The notes under the pieces were generated by a model. It searched no databases and was not told where the DNA came from. It saw only the letters and a program-made list of their open reading frames with translations. DNA of 63,677 bases, counting the filler, from Craspedostauros australis (lineage: Eukaryota), in the NCBI GenBank assembly GCA_030167865.1. It is 6 parts of 6 records of this genome, joined end to end, with 100 filler letters (N's around TTAATTAATTAA, not from the genome) between each part and the next. Parts side by side here need not be neighbours in the genome. Positions count along the whole stretch, not along the records: positions 29,913 to 61,823 come from JALAGF010002806.1; 5 more parts are not named here. One strand, given 5' to 3'. Shown piece by piece: positions 37,719-49,780 of this stretch (positions within the stretch are counted from its first letter, which is position 1; the number at the start of each line of letters is the position of its first letter). Position numbers and translations under genes: made by a program.

Positions 37719-37731
37719 GATTAAGAGTCAT
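37719..37731 (+). promoter_or_regulatory. Primer-binding site complementary to tRNA-Lys(CUU) anticodon arm
   Basis: GATTAAGAGTCAT abuts the LTR's terminal CA. Its reverse complement AUGACU-CUU-AAUC is a tRNA-Lys(CUU) anticodon stem-loop. No canonical TGG PBS at the LTR edge. Confidence 0.78.
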
Positions 37732-37772
37732 GGTTTACCAACAAGCATATCACCTTTACAACATCAACCACC

Positions 37773-40700
37773 ATGGCGAGACCGATCAACAACCAAGCTT
37801 TGACAGCCGTATCCAAGTAACTTGCTGACCTTGATGACAAAGAAATGGAGTTCATCACCAAGCAACTCAGAAGGGTCGAACACACCATCAAGAGTCCAGA
37901 CAAAAACATCATCCAAGCGCTGGCTCTCTCACCAACACTCACCTCGATCAACATTGAGAACATCCTTCGCATCTTCGCTTTCGCGAAAGAACGGCAAATC
38001 GACCAAGCAACCGATTGGGTGGCCATCAACGAGTTCACTACAACGACCAGGTATGAGGTACCCACCATCGAGACTCCTGTCACCAGCAAGGCAACCCAAA
38101 TGCGGTTGAAACTCGCGATGAAGGAAGCCGCCAATCGTGAACTCCCCAAGGCAACGAGCCGCAAGGTTGTGGTACACTCACCAAGGCACCCACTGGAAGT
38201 ACGCCGATCGCCATCAATGCCAACTGGATGGAAGTATGACCCAGTCACCCTGCTAGAGGTGGAGCCATTCAGCGGACTCAACATCAAATGGTACCAGTGG
38301 AAGATCAACTTCATCCGCCAACTGGTCACAACCAGATACGCAGACTACATGCAAGAGACACGCCAGGCCCACTACTGCGAGGACGTCGACACCCAGTTCT
38401 ACGCAGTGCTCAACTCGAAAACATGCAAAGGACACGCTAACTACATGGTCCTTGTGGAAAGAGACAGCGGTCATGCGGCCTTCCAGGCCCTCATCCGCAC
38501 ATACGAATCCACTGAGAACAGGGCCGACAATGTGGCAACAGAGGAAGACAAACTGCCCAAACTCGTCTACGACGGATCTGGACCGTTCAGCGCGTTTGTC
38601 AATGACTTCTCCATGTCTGTTCAGACAATCAAAGACAATGGCAAGGCCATGAGTGACAAACAGAAGATTGCAAGATTCTTCCGCAACATTCGCGATGAGT
38701 GATTCACCAGTACGGTCTCTCGCCTCTAAGAGGCAGACAAGTCCTTCAATTGGGTCCGCAAGACTCTCATGAAGCACGACAAGGTCCTCTCCAATGCGGA
38801 GATCGACAGATCTCCATGGCGGAATCGGCGCACACAGCCGAAGGACGGACGGATGGACCGCAAGCGGCCACACGAGGCTGCAACCGAGGACCGCAACAAA
38901 CCCGCAATGTACCAACTTCCAGAAATTGTATTCAGAAGCCGTCTCACCCCAGCACAAGTGCTCGTAGTGGAATCCTTGCGACACTTCCGCAAGACAGGAG
39001 AGCTCATCAGCAAGATGACGCTCAAGCACAACAAACCCGCTGAGTTTGCCAAGACCCAGGAGCAGCACGCTCAGCGCAAACCCAACAGGTGCACCAGATT
39101 CGGCAACAAGACCAATCGAACCAAGAAGTATGGACCATGTGACAATGGCTCCTGACAACCAATGACAGGCATTTTGCGCCAGCAGTCGGAGGTCGCCATA
39201 TGCATCAAGGACCAAGACAGTGTGGACTTGACGCAAAAGGCCGCGGAGAGCGGGCCAGGACATACGACCCCGGATACGCTACGAGAGTCGCGTCCAAGAA
39301 GCGCCGACCCGCATACAGAGCACACGATTCGACGGGCAAGAGTAGCGAATAGTAGCCACGGCTATATCATTCTAGACTCAGGCACGGACGGTGACATTGT
39401 TCATGAGTCTGGATGGGTGGTAGCCCAAAATCACCAGCAGCAGTTCCACCCCGAGGGGCGACAGTGGACTCGCAAATCGAGACGTTTCCGATGGTTGACG
39501 CAGTGGCAGCGTACGAGCCGCCAGAAGGCGGAGTGATCCTCATCAAAGCATATTACGTGGCTCTCAACAAGCATCCACAGCAGATGGAGTTGCTGTTCAA
39601 TACACACCACATGCGCACGTTTGACATCAGCATCTACGATCGGCTTTGACAATACAACAGGCAGCAACGGATATCGTCTGGTGACATCAGCATCCTGCTG
39701 GCCAATCACGACAGCAATACCCTGCGCATCCCAATTCGTAAACCAACAGCTCGCGAGCTAACTCAAACTAAGAATATTACTATATGCGACAGACACAGAC
39801 GCCTTTGGCGATCCCACGCCAGTGTTGACTTCAACAAGGTCTTTTGGCATCTCCCACAACAGGTGGTCGAGAAAACGAAAGCAGCATCAACGCAGCTGGC
39901 CGATACTCCCATGGAGGTGGAACCAAGACTCATCCCAAGGCAGTACCGTGTGCAGCGAGCGGGCGCGCTACGGTCACACCGAATCAAGGGAAGAGTGGAA
40001 ACCGATCCATTCTTCTCCACGGTCCCATCCATTTGACACCACAAGTGCTTCCAGCTCTTTGCACACAGCGAGTCCAAATTCATCTGGGCAAAGCCGCTCA
40101 GCAGAGAGGCGATGGCGCCAGGGGCGCTCACCAATTTCATCGTGCAGGCCAGGGCACCTGACGTACTCATCTCGGACTACTCACAGGTCCAAGCTGTCAA
40201 GGCATGGAAGGCTGTGACGATGCGGTACATGATCGAGCACTCCTTCACGGCTTCCATGAATCCAAATCAGAACCGAGCAGAGCAGGCAATCAGCGACATC
40301 AAGCGACACACATACAAATTGCTTTGGGCAGCGTCCGTACCGCTCGCCTTCTGGTGCTACACGGTACAACACGCCATCGATGTATGGAACTACACGGCAA
40401 AGGAGAGCATTCAATGGAAGAATCCCATCGAACTGCTCCACAGGAACACTCCAGACATCTCCATGTTCAGGTTCACGTTCTTTCAACATGTCTGGGTATT
40501 TCGAGCCGATGACCAAGTTTCCACATCACCCATTCAAACCAGGTTACTTCCTGGGAATCGCATGGGGCCATGGAGACCCTTTCATATACAACATATGGTT
40601 GCTGCGGGGCGACGACGTAACCAAAGGCACTGCCCTGGTACAGAACATTGTGGAACCACGAATTGCAGAAGACGCAAGCGCTCCGCAAATCACCGACAAG

Positions 40701-43220
40701 GAAGTTCAGCGCATCGCACGCCTCGATCTCATACACACTACTACCAGAGACAACTTGGGGCAACGAGCGCGAACCAAGACGATGCTGGTGCAGCACGCTC
40801 GACAGGTCCGTGAGGCCATCGACGCGATTCCTGTGCGGTCGGGGGCGGCTGCTCGCAATCCTGAGGAGGGACCGCTGGAGACCAGGGGCGTCGTGGTCAA
40901 CGAAAATGCTATTCCGCATGACGACTGATGGTTCGGTCAGCAGAATGTCATCATTGATGACAACAACAACCACAACAGCGGGCCCACAGGCGCAATATCC
41001 GACGACGACGGGGACGATGATCGCTCAACTGGCAACATCTCGAACGAATCCGATGATGACGAACCGGTGAGGATCCCAGATCCTCCCCAGCAGCGGATTC
41101 AGGGGCGTATCGACACTCTGGCTGAGCGCGAGCATGATTAGATGTTCCAAAATCAGATCGCAACAGACGATACAAACGAACCAGCAATTACATCCATCGC
41201 AGGCCACTCATTCCGAGACGGACATCTCCATCTCAATGTGAAATAGGACAACGATGAAACTCAATGGTTCCGATACAACATCCTGAGGGCAGACCATCCC
41301 GAGCTCGTGGCGCGATACATCATCACCAACAAGCCAAAATGGCATGACAGGCACAATCGACAGTCAACGACAATACTAAAACGGGCAAAGCACGCTGTTC
41401 GCGCGATACGCAGACGCATGCAACGAATCGAGCGCATGCACATCTTCACAGTCGACAACAATGACAGCATCGCCATCCTGAGGCACATACAACCAGGAAA
41501 GAAGAAGCCGAACAAGGACTTATTCGCTACAGTATTCCAATACGGTGTAGAAGTGCCACGCAACATGCGACACGCACTCCAACTTGACGAAGCCAATGGC
41601 AACACATTGTGGAAGGACGCAGCAAAGAAAGAGATCGACGCTCTGATTGACCTCGATTGCTTTGAATTCCATCCATCCACTCACCGACCTTCATCGTACT
41701 ACCAGAGCACCAAGCTCTGGCTCATCTTCGCTGTGAAACAGGATCTGTGGCGCAAGGGGCGGCTGCTAGCCGACGGTCACCTCATTGAACTTGCTGACAA
41801 CATCAGAGTATACTCATCAACCGTCAAATCAACCATTATACGGATACTTGATGTCATCATGGACGCAAACAAGCTGAAGCAACTCTGCGGCAACGTGGGG
41901 AATGCAGTCACCAATGCCTACACCAGCGAGAAGATATATGCGAGGGCAGGAAAATAGTTCGATTACAGAGAGGGTCAGACAATCGTACTCAGGAAGGCAT
42001 TGTATGGACTCTGATCGAGCGCACAAAGCTTCCATGCTCACTTTGTAAACACACTCTCATCCATGGGGTTCTCTCCATCACGGCATGACCAGGACGTATG
42101 GATCAAGTGGAGGGATGACACTGGGTATGACTACATATGCATGCATGTTGATGACTTCAAGATCATGGCAAAAGAACCAGACCAATACATGAAGGTCATC
42201 CAGCAAGTCTACACCATCAATGACATTGAACCACCCAAATACTATCTGGGCAACAACGACTCCAGGAATGTGAAAGGCAAATGGAGCATTGGATGTGACA
42301 AATACATTGCAAACGTGATGGATAACGTCAAACGGCAGCATGGAACACACCATGACCAGCATGTTCCCATGTGGGACAAGGACCATCCGGAAACAGATGA
42401 CTCCAAACTACTCACACCAGATGAACACCAACAGTTCCAGCAGCTCATCGGCATGCTGAACTGGGTCATTCAACTTGAACGTTTCGACGTCGCCTTTGCA
42501 ACTTCTTCACTCTCTCAATTCACTGCATCACCTCGGAAAGGCCATCTAGCAAGAGCACTCAAGATACGGGGCTATCTCAAGAGTATGTCCACACTCAGAA
42601 CACAAATCAACTCCAGACCCATGATATTCGACAACTTCAACTCGACACCGTCCAACCCAGAATTGGTGGTGCAAATGAAGGAAGAAAACCCTGAGGCACA
42701 GGAGGACGTCGACGACCGGTCACCGAAGCCAATCTATCCGGAGCTGCCAATGTATGCATTCGTCGATGCTGACCATGCGCACGATTTTGTCACACACCGA
42801 TCAAACACTGGGATCATCCTTTTCCTTGGCAGGACGCCTGTGTACTTCTCGAGCAAGCGGCAGGCATCAGTCACAACGTCTACATATGGAGCAGAATTCA
42901 ACGAGATGCGATCAGTGACGGAAGAAATCATTGCACTCCAATACGCACTCCAATCGCTGAGAGTCCGCGTCCAATCACCGACAATCACATTCTGCAACAA
43001 CAATGTAGTGATCTCGAAAACGACGATCGCAGACAGCCTATTGCAAAAGAAGCACGTGGCAATATCATTTCACTGAGTCCGTGAGGCTGTGGGAGCTGGG
43101 ACAATGGTTCCAATCCACGTCCCATCAGCTCAGAACTTCGCTGGCATGCTCACCAAGGCATTGGTGAGGCCAACACTAACACTTCTTGCCACGACCCTGT
43201 TCTACGGGGGTCCACCTTGA
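37773..43220 (+). pseudogene. Copia gag-pol polyprotein with multiple stops/frameshifts
   Basis: Gag from ATG 37773 (RDSGHAAFQAL). Protease YIILDSGTD (~39364). Integrase NPNQNRAEQAI/FWCYTVQH/TPDISMFRF. RT YGVEVPRN..ALQLDEANGNTLWKDA, KALYGL*SS, HVDDFKI. RNase H FVDADHAHD..RSNTG, STYGAEF, KKHVAISFH*VREA. Confidence 0.93.
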
Positions 43221-43232
43221 GATCAAGGGGCA

Positions 43233-43395
43233 TGACAGCTTTCTCTGTACCTTTTACCTCTCTACTAGTCATATATGTCAAAATACTGGCCGGGGGATTG
43301 TCTTTGGACAAATCACAATTAAATAACAAGAGCTCCAACCAGGGCACACAACAACGGGCCAACATGTCTTCTGTAGTTACTTGTGCACTTTGACA
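43233..43395 (+). repeat. 3' LTR (163 bp)
   Basis: Direct repeat of 37557-37718, followed by the TSD GCAGG. Confidence 0.95.
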
Positions 43396-43400
43396 GCAGG

Positions 43401-44467
43401 GATGGCGATGGTGACAAGGCAACAGGTGATGGCGACGGCGATGGAAGGGACGGCGATCATCTTGAAAGCCCTGCGATTTGGAGACATCAAAGGCACCACA
43501 ATGTTGCTGGTTGATGCTTCCCTATTGAAGGGCAAGCGGCTGACTCACTGCACGAGCCCAAGAGCTCGATGGTCTGCAAACATGCTTGGTGTTCCCAACA
43601 CTCACGAGATTCAATACGAGGATGAGAAAGCTTGGTTAATTGAAGCTTCGAATGTCACCAATGCCAAAATGGTGGAGGAAGAGGCTTGGGAGTGCTCCGT
43701 TGTGAACGAACTTGGCACGACTGTGAAGGAAGACCACAAGTAGTCATGTCAACTAGTACCAGTGGATACAAAATGGCAAAGATGAGGCGAAAAGCCCAGA
43801 AGAGTGTGAAACAGAGTGGAGCGAATGTATTCAAAACAGCCCTCCGCAACAACCTCATGGAAACTGCTGATCACAACGCAATGTGGAAGGATACAACTGC
43901 TGCTATGGATCTTCCTCCTGTTACAACACCAGGTTGCGCTGCAAAGAAGACTCGATTGTCTGAGCCTATCCTGACTATGTGTTGGCAGAGCTGATCAAAA
44001 TCTGCGTACTTGCTTGCCATGACTCAAGGAACAGAATGGCGGAGTACGACGCACGCCAACAATTGATGACGATGGAACGGGTGAAAACAGACTGGCACGC
44101 TCAACTACAAGTATCACCACTTAGAGTAAAAGCATACCTCATCACGGACTATCTCAAGTTCAAAAAAGAACAAGAAAAGAAGTCAAAAACCGCTGAAACG
44201 ATGGAGTGCACAATGGTAAGTATGACTGCAAGCGCCAGTGCGCAACCAACGCTGCATGATTCTGGTTGTGTCGAAGAAGAATTTGGACGGTGGAAAGCCA
44301 AGGAAGACGAAATTTTGGAGCAAACTCACGATGATTTGCATGCGCATGCGGCAAAACAAACAGTCGAAGGTGCGGAAACATTGAAGGAAAATGTGACGCG
44401 GGAAATTGTGAATCGTGTCAGAACCAGATTGCAAGCGACAAATAATTCAAAATGGGAATGGGTGTGA
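43401..44467 (+). pseudogene. Decayed ORF of the host TIR element (continuation of 37168-37556)
   Basis: D/G-rich frame ...NDGDDGR|DGDGDKATG continues across the TSD. Overlapping frameshifted ORFs 43381-43743, 43686-43994 and 43979-44467 follow. No DDE triad recognisable. Confidence 0.5.
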
Positions 44468-45828
44468 CATCATCAGCGAGTTTTGGCGATACCCGGCGAA
44501 GTCTAAGGAAGGTCTACAACGGCCGAAGACCAAAACTATTGCAAGGTCTATAACTTTTGATCCACAACTCTCCCGATTTTTAAATTAAATCTCCCTCGAC
44601 AGAATTTTACGTAGATTCCGAATATGTACTTATTTTGTTAAATTTTAAGTCACGATCAGGCACGACTGCACCTTCGTTCACTCGAGTGGGTCCTATATGT
44701 TTCCGAGTGGAGATAGAGTATTCAACAGCATCACATGAGATCATGTTGGATTGGACCCACAAATAATGAGTTGGAGGTGGTATTGCCATACAGGAGATAG
44801 GTTCCTGCCACATTCATCACAGACCATGCTCATGTCCATGTCCATGCCCATGTCCATGCCCGTGTCCATGTTATCAGTGCCCTCATGGTGGTTGATTGTT
44901 CGTCATTTTTGGAAGGGAGGGCTGATGGCGACTTGTCTGTTGCGATTGTTGCCAAGGTTTTGTTTGCCTGCAACAGTCATTCAAAATGTGAGTGTGTGAA
45001 CGGCTACATCTGTACTCTTGTCCAGTGTGAAAAATTATTGTATACAGATGTGAATATAATATATATAAGAACGATAAGGATAACGACATGGAGAAAGAAT
45101 GTGACACATGGATGATGATGAAAAGGTATCCAATGAGTTTTATGTTGGTATGGTGCACCGCTCATGTCTGAATGTCCGTTTCAAGTCGTGTGCCGTGCTC
45201 ACTTTTTGTCACACGAATCAGTCATACGCAGCACATGATTCAAGGATGTCCAAAATCAAAACCCACGAAACGGCATGACCATGGGATTCGCTGAAACAGA
45301 AAGATGGGGACGGCACTCGACCGCATCGGACAACAGACACAAGTCATCATCATCGTCGTCCTAAACAGCACATGCCCAAACGAGCTGCAACTCCGGACAG
45401 AGAGAGTTGAGGAAAGGCGACCCACGGACACGGCCGCACGAACCAATCAAGGGGACAAACGAAAGTTCCGCTATCTGTCACGCAGAGAAACCTCTCCGTT
45501 TCATTTCGCGGGTCTTTGTGCATCCACATTCAACATCAAGTCCACTTTCGTCGACAGTTCCGCCTATTCCCACGGTCGACACCGTGAGAGCGAAGGCAAG
45601 ATTGCGTGTGCTTCGGCCAACCATCCATCCACACACAAACCTCAATTGTTCCGTCAAACGGATCCATCAACCACACACAAGGACTACCGCGCAAGTTCTG
45701 AACGTACAATACTCTTACGAAGGGACTTCCCACGCTGCATTGTCCGTCGATTGACACCATCTTTCTTCTCAGGCGACAGCCAGCGCTTCTTCCGATCGAA
45801 TCGTTGTCACAATTTCATGCACTCTCCC

Positions 45829-45856
45829 ACATCATCATCATCATCATCATCATCAT
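45829..45856. repeat. (CAT)n microsatellite
   Basis: About nine CAT units in the putative 5' UTR of the gene at 46004. Confidence 0.9.
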
Positions 45857-46003
45857 AGTTGAGGACATCTCTTCTCTCCAATCTATTATACTTGACTCTG
45901 CTCTGAATCAAATCAAATCATAATCACTTTCAACACCAACAATACCAATACCAATACCAACAATACCAACAACACAAATACAAATACAAATAGAAAAGTC
46001 AAG

Positions 46004-47674
46004 ATGCCTCTGCAACGCCCTTCATCCATCGCTCGCGGCAGCTCCAACAACAGCAGCAGCAACAACATGATGGACGCCCCATCCGCAACCTCATCGCTGT
46101 TCACATCCATCCAACGACCGCTCTCCTTGCTGACGGGCGGTCTGCCATCCTTCAGCGGCTCCGCATCGATCGGCTCGCACACGGCTTCGGCCATGTCCGC
46201 TCCGCTGTGGAACTCGGCGCCACCCGCACGACCGCGTCGTCTCTGGACCATCAGCGATACGTCGTTGCGACCCATCCCCAAGCTCTATCCAAACCTCAAT
46301 CCGCGCACCACGGTCTTTGTCTCCGATGCCTCGCCATCCGTCATCGCCGTGCGGATCAGCGAGTGTCTTCGGAAGCGCAGTATCGCGGTGGAGTATGACG
46401 AGGAAGCGGTGAGTATTTCATTTCATTTGAATTGACTTCATTTGTGTTGACTTCATTTCATTTGACTTCATTTCATTTGACTTCATTTGAGTTGACTTCA
46501 TTTGTTCATGGAGTTGAGTTGTGACATGCTAAGTCTTCAACAATCACTCACATTCACCCACATTCCCACTCCATCACCCACATCAACGCTATATCAACAC
46601 CTCATATTCCAGGTCACTGCCACAGCGATGACCAGCGACCGATGCCAGTTCACCATCTACCTCCACAAGGGCAACGCCAAACCCATCGATTTCTCGTACG
46701 GCGTGGTGGTCGAGTGCCAGCGTGTCTCCGGATCTCCCATCACATTCCACCGCACGGCACGAGCGGTGCTGGCGGCTGCGCAGGGCATGAGCACGGGCGA
46801 AGACAAGCGCAAGTCACACTTCACATCCGTCATGGAACTGCGCAGGAGGCAGCTCAACAACCAGGCATCCATCGGCAACACCAAGCCAGCAGCACCAGCA
46901 TCCCCATCGAAGCGCGGCAGGACCACCAACTCATCTGCGGCGCAGGAGGCGCTGGAACGCGCAAGGGAATTGCTGCGCAAGGACCGCTTCGAATGTCAGC
47001 AGCTTGGGATGGAGTCCCTCGTCGCTCTCACCACAATGACTACGTCCGGGATGGAGGTCACCAACTACGTATCGCTGCACGTCCTGCAGAACACCTGGAT
47101 CTCGCCCTACCTCATCCTCAAGGAAGAGAAGGAATCCAATGTGCGACAAACCCCCTTCGCCAACAACGAATCCAGCGTCATCAGCGCTTGCACATCCTCC
47201 CTCAGGGACGGCGAGTCCGCCCACACGCTCAATTCCGCCAACCGCGTCTCGGAGGAAGAGGCCAAGCAGGAGGGCATCCTGCGTGCCGGTGCTTTGCGAG
47301 TCTTTGCCAACGCTTTGCAGCACATCGCCAAGCACCAACCCAAGACCTTGCACCGCATGCTGCAATCCCACAACGCCCACCTCGCTTCCAAATCACTCTT
47401 GAAGGCCCTTGTCCACGATCTCAAGGGCGCCAACCGACCCGTCCTCGTGGCGCTCAGCACGCGTCTGGCTTCGGCCCACGAAGCGGCCTTGGCCATGTCG
47501 TGTTTGCGGATACTCAGCGAGCATTCGGATGCCGTCCGGACCTTTTTGCAAGCGGACGCGGCGCTGGAGGCCCTCGAATTGGCACGATCGTGCGGGCGGT
47601 CCACGCATTCCATTCTGCAGAAGGAAGCCGAAATCACCTACTCGCAAATCACGGAAGACTTTCGGTCGTGCTAA
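46004..47674 (+). CDS. Conserved-looking hypothetical protein with KA1-like domain and helical (ARM-like) C-terminus
   Basis: Exon 1 is 46004-46408, intron 46409-46612 (GTGAGT...TTCCAG), exon 2 is 46613-47674. VVVECQRVSGSPITFHRTARAVL resembles the KA1 VExQRxxGxxxxF signature; Leu/Ala-rich helical C-terminal half. Confidence 0.75.
46415..46505. repeat. Intronic (TTGACTTCATTT)-type tandem repeat
   Basis: ttgacttcattt recurs five times, with tttca sub-repeats, inside the intron. Confidence 0.75.
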
Positions 47675-47736
47675 ATGGGCACGATTGCATATGTATACTA
47701 GTAGAGAGAAAGTACAATACTCAAACAATCGCATCT

Positions 47737-49591
47737 TTACTTTCCCTTCTGTTCGGTGCGTTCCTGCACTCGCGCTTCCGCTTCCTGGTTGCTCATCACC
47801 TTGCTGCCCAACCACCAGCTGCTCGCCGTCCACATCCCGGCCACCGCGAGACTGAACTGGGACAACGCCTGCAGCCCGACTCCAAATTGCGCCGTCGCGA
47901 ATGACAGCAGCAACGACATGCCCGACTTGCCAAACCGGCTCGCGAACACACCGATCACCTCCTTGCCCAAATACCGCGACTCGAAATCCAGCGGCTGGTA
48001 CACCATCTCGTTCACGACGTTGCGGAACGAGTAATCCAACGTCTTCAGGCTGAAGAACGCGGCCGCCGTGACCCACAGCGCGGCATGCTGCGATAGGGTC
48101 GTGTAAATGAGAAACGGCGTCAGCAACAGCGGCAGACCGCGGTACACGTTCTTGGGTTCGAGGTACTTGCGCGCCAGCGGCAGGACGAAGAATTGCAGGA
48201 CGCCGCTGATGCCGTTGATGCCGGCGTAGAAGCCGCCCGTGAAGGCGGCGCGGTCCGTGTCGACGGGGATGCTCAATTTGAGCTGTCGCACGAAGCAGAC
48301 GCTGAGGATGGTAGACAAGGATTGGAACGTGACGACCTCGCCGAACAGGGCGGCCAACGTCGGGACGCGGCGGAACAGTTGGCTCGTTCTCGTGAGGAGG
48401 GGGGTCGTTGAGGATGGTTGGTCCTTCTTCTTTTTGTCCTTTTGGGCTTGCATCGTTTGGGCGGGGTCGAAGCCGTTCTGTGGCGGTGTAATGTATTTGT
48501 GTATTGTGTATTGTGGGTGCGTATTGTATTGGCGGGTATGAAGGAGTGTGAGTGCATGGATACATGAATGAGAGACATGCTCGTGAACTGAATTACCCAG
48601 CCAACATATATTGCACCAACATATCACCCAGCCAACATAGACAACGACAACGATAATGATAATGACAACGACATACCTGCTCCGCCATTGCGTACGCCCG
48701 ATCCGCGATCAATGCGCTCAACGACAACGTGATGCAGGTCCCGGCGATCAGCCCCAGCAACCCTACGGTGGCGCTCAACGTCTTGACCATCGAGGCCGTC
48801 GTCGTGCAGATGATGGAACTGAGTCCGGCAATGAAGGAGAACCACTTCGTGCCTTCCGTCGGCGTCATGACGCTGCCCAAGAAGGACCATTGCTGCGTGT
48901 AGATCAGATGCGCGTACGAGTTCTGAAAGATGAAGAGCAGACCGACGACGGCCTTGGAAGTCAGCGTGCCGTCGGGGATGAGGGTCAACGCTGTCGTGGC
49001 GGCCGCCAAAGCACCGACGGACAGCACCGACGTGGCGCGCAAGGCCCGGCGCGGTCCATCCTTCTTGAGGACGAGACCGTACCAATACAGCAGGACCAAG
49101 GAGACGGGCGTGACCATGCCGATGGCGAACGGATAGGCCGCGGCGCTCGTGAAGCCCGTTTGGCTGGACGTGTACAAGGCCAACGCGCCGGACCGCGCAA
49201 ACTCGTAGCCGCCAAAGTGAAGGGCCATGGCCGTGGCCATGTAGATGCAGGATCTGGCGCGCACGCTGATGTTTGTCATCGCGTTGCTGTTGTCTGCTTG
49301 TTTGCTGGTGCTATCCTTGCCGCGTTCGGAAGCGTCGCTGTTGGCCGCGTTCGATTTGGAGAGATTCAGCGCGGTGGCCGATGATCTTCGGATCGCGATG
49401 GATGCCAATGACGTTGAGGCTGTTCCTGTTGACAATGATGATGGTGAGGCCAGTGCTGCAGAGACCAAGGTGGCTCCGGCCAATTGATGGAGGTTGCTGA
49501 GCAAGAACGGAGCGACAGGCGACGAAGATGCGATGGAAGCCGCCGTCGAAACGATCGGTTGGGATGTCATGGAGGGAAGGGACGTCAGCAT
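47737..49591 (-). CDS. Nucleotide transporter of the NTT/TLC (ATP/ADP translocase) family, MFS fold
   Basis: Exon 1 is 49591-48677, intron 48676-48478 (GTATGT...CCACAG), exon 2 is 48477-47737. About 11-12 hydrophobic segments. LKTLDYSFRNVVNEMVYQPLDFESRYLGKEVIGVFASRFGKSG matches the NTT EMxYxPL...GK...RxGKSG signature. Confidence 0.87.
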
Positions 49592-49730
49592 GGCGATGCA
49601 CCGCGATGAGTTCTGTGATGCTCTGTTGCTTTTTGTGAGTGTGAAGGGACTGACAGGCACATCGGTATGGATCTCCGCTGTCGCGCAGGTGGTTTAGCAC
49701 AAGTACTAATACAAGTGTAGAACGAATACA

Positions 49731-49780
49731 AGTGCTTGTGCGAGTGCTTGTGCTTGTGCGAGTGCTTGTGCTTGTGCGAG
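49731..49780. repeat. 18-bp tandem repeat (GTGCTTGTGCTTGTGCGA)
   Basis: About 2.7 copies in the divergent intergenic region between the NTT and LRR genes. Confidence 0.8.

Larger units (their letters stand above)
37557..43395 (+). mobile_element. Full-length decayed Ty1/Copia LTR retrotransposon (CoDi-like)
   Basis: TG...CA LTRs at 37557-37718 and 43233-43395. 5-bp TSD GCAGG (37552-37556, 43396-43400). PBS at 37719, purine tract GAGATCAAGGGG before the 3' LTR. Domain order gag-PR-INT-RT-RH. Confidence 0.96.
36607..44692. mobile_element. Unclassified TIR DNA transposon (about 2.2 kb excluding the nested Copia)
   Basis: 45-bp terminal inverted repeats at 36607-36651 and 44648-44692 (40/45 identical, GACCCACTYGAGTGAACGAAG...). 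CTAT flanks both ends (36603-36606, 44693-44696). A decayed D/G-rich reading frame continues across the Copia insertion site. Confidence 0.82.
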
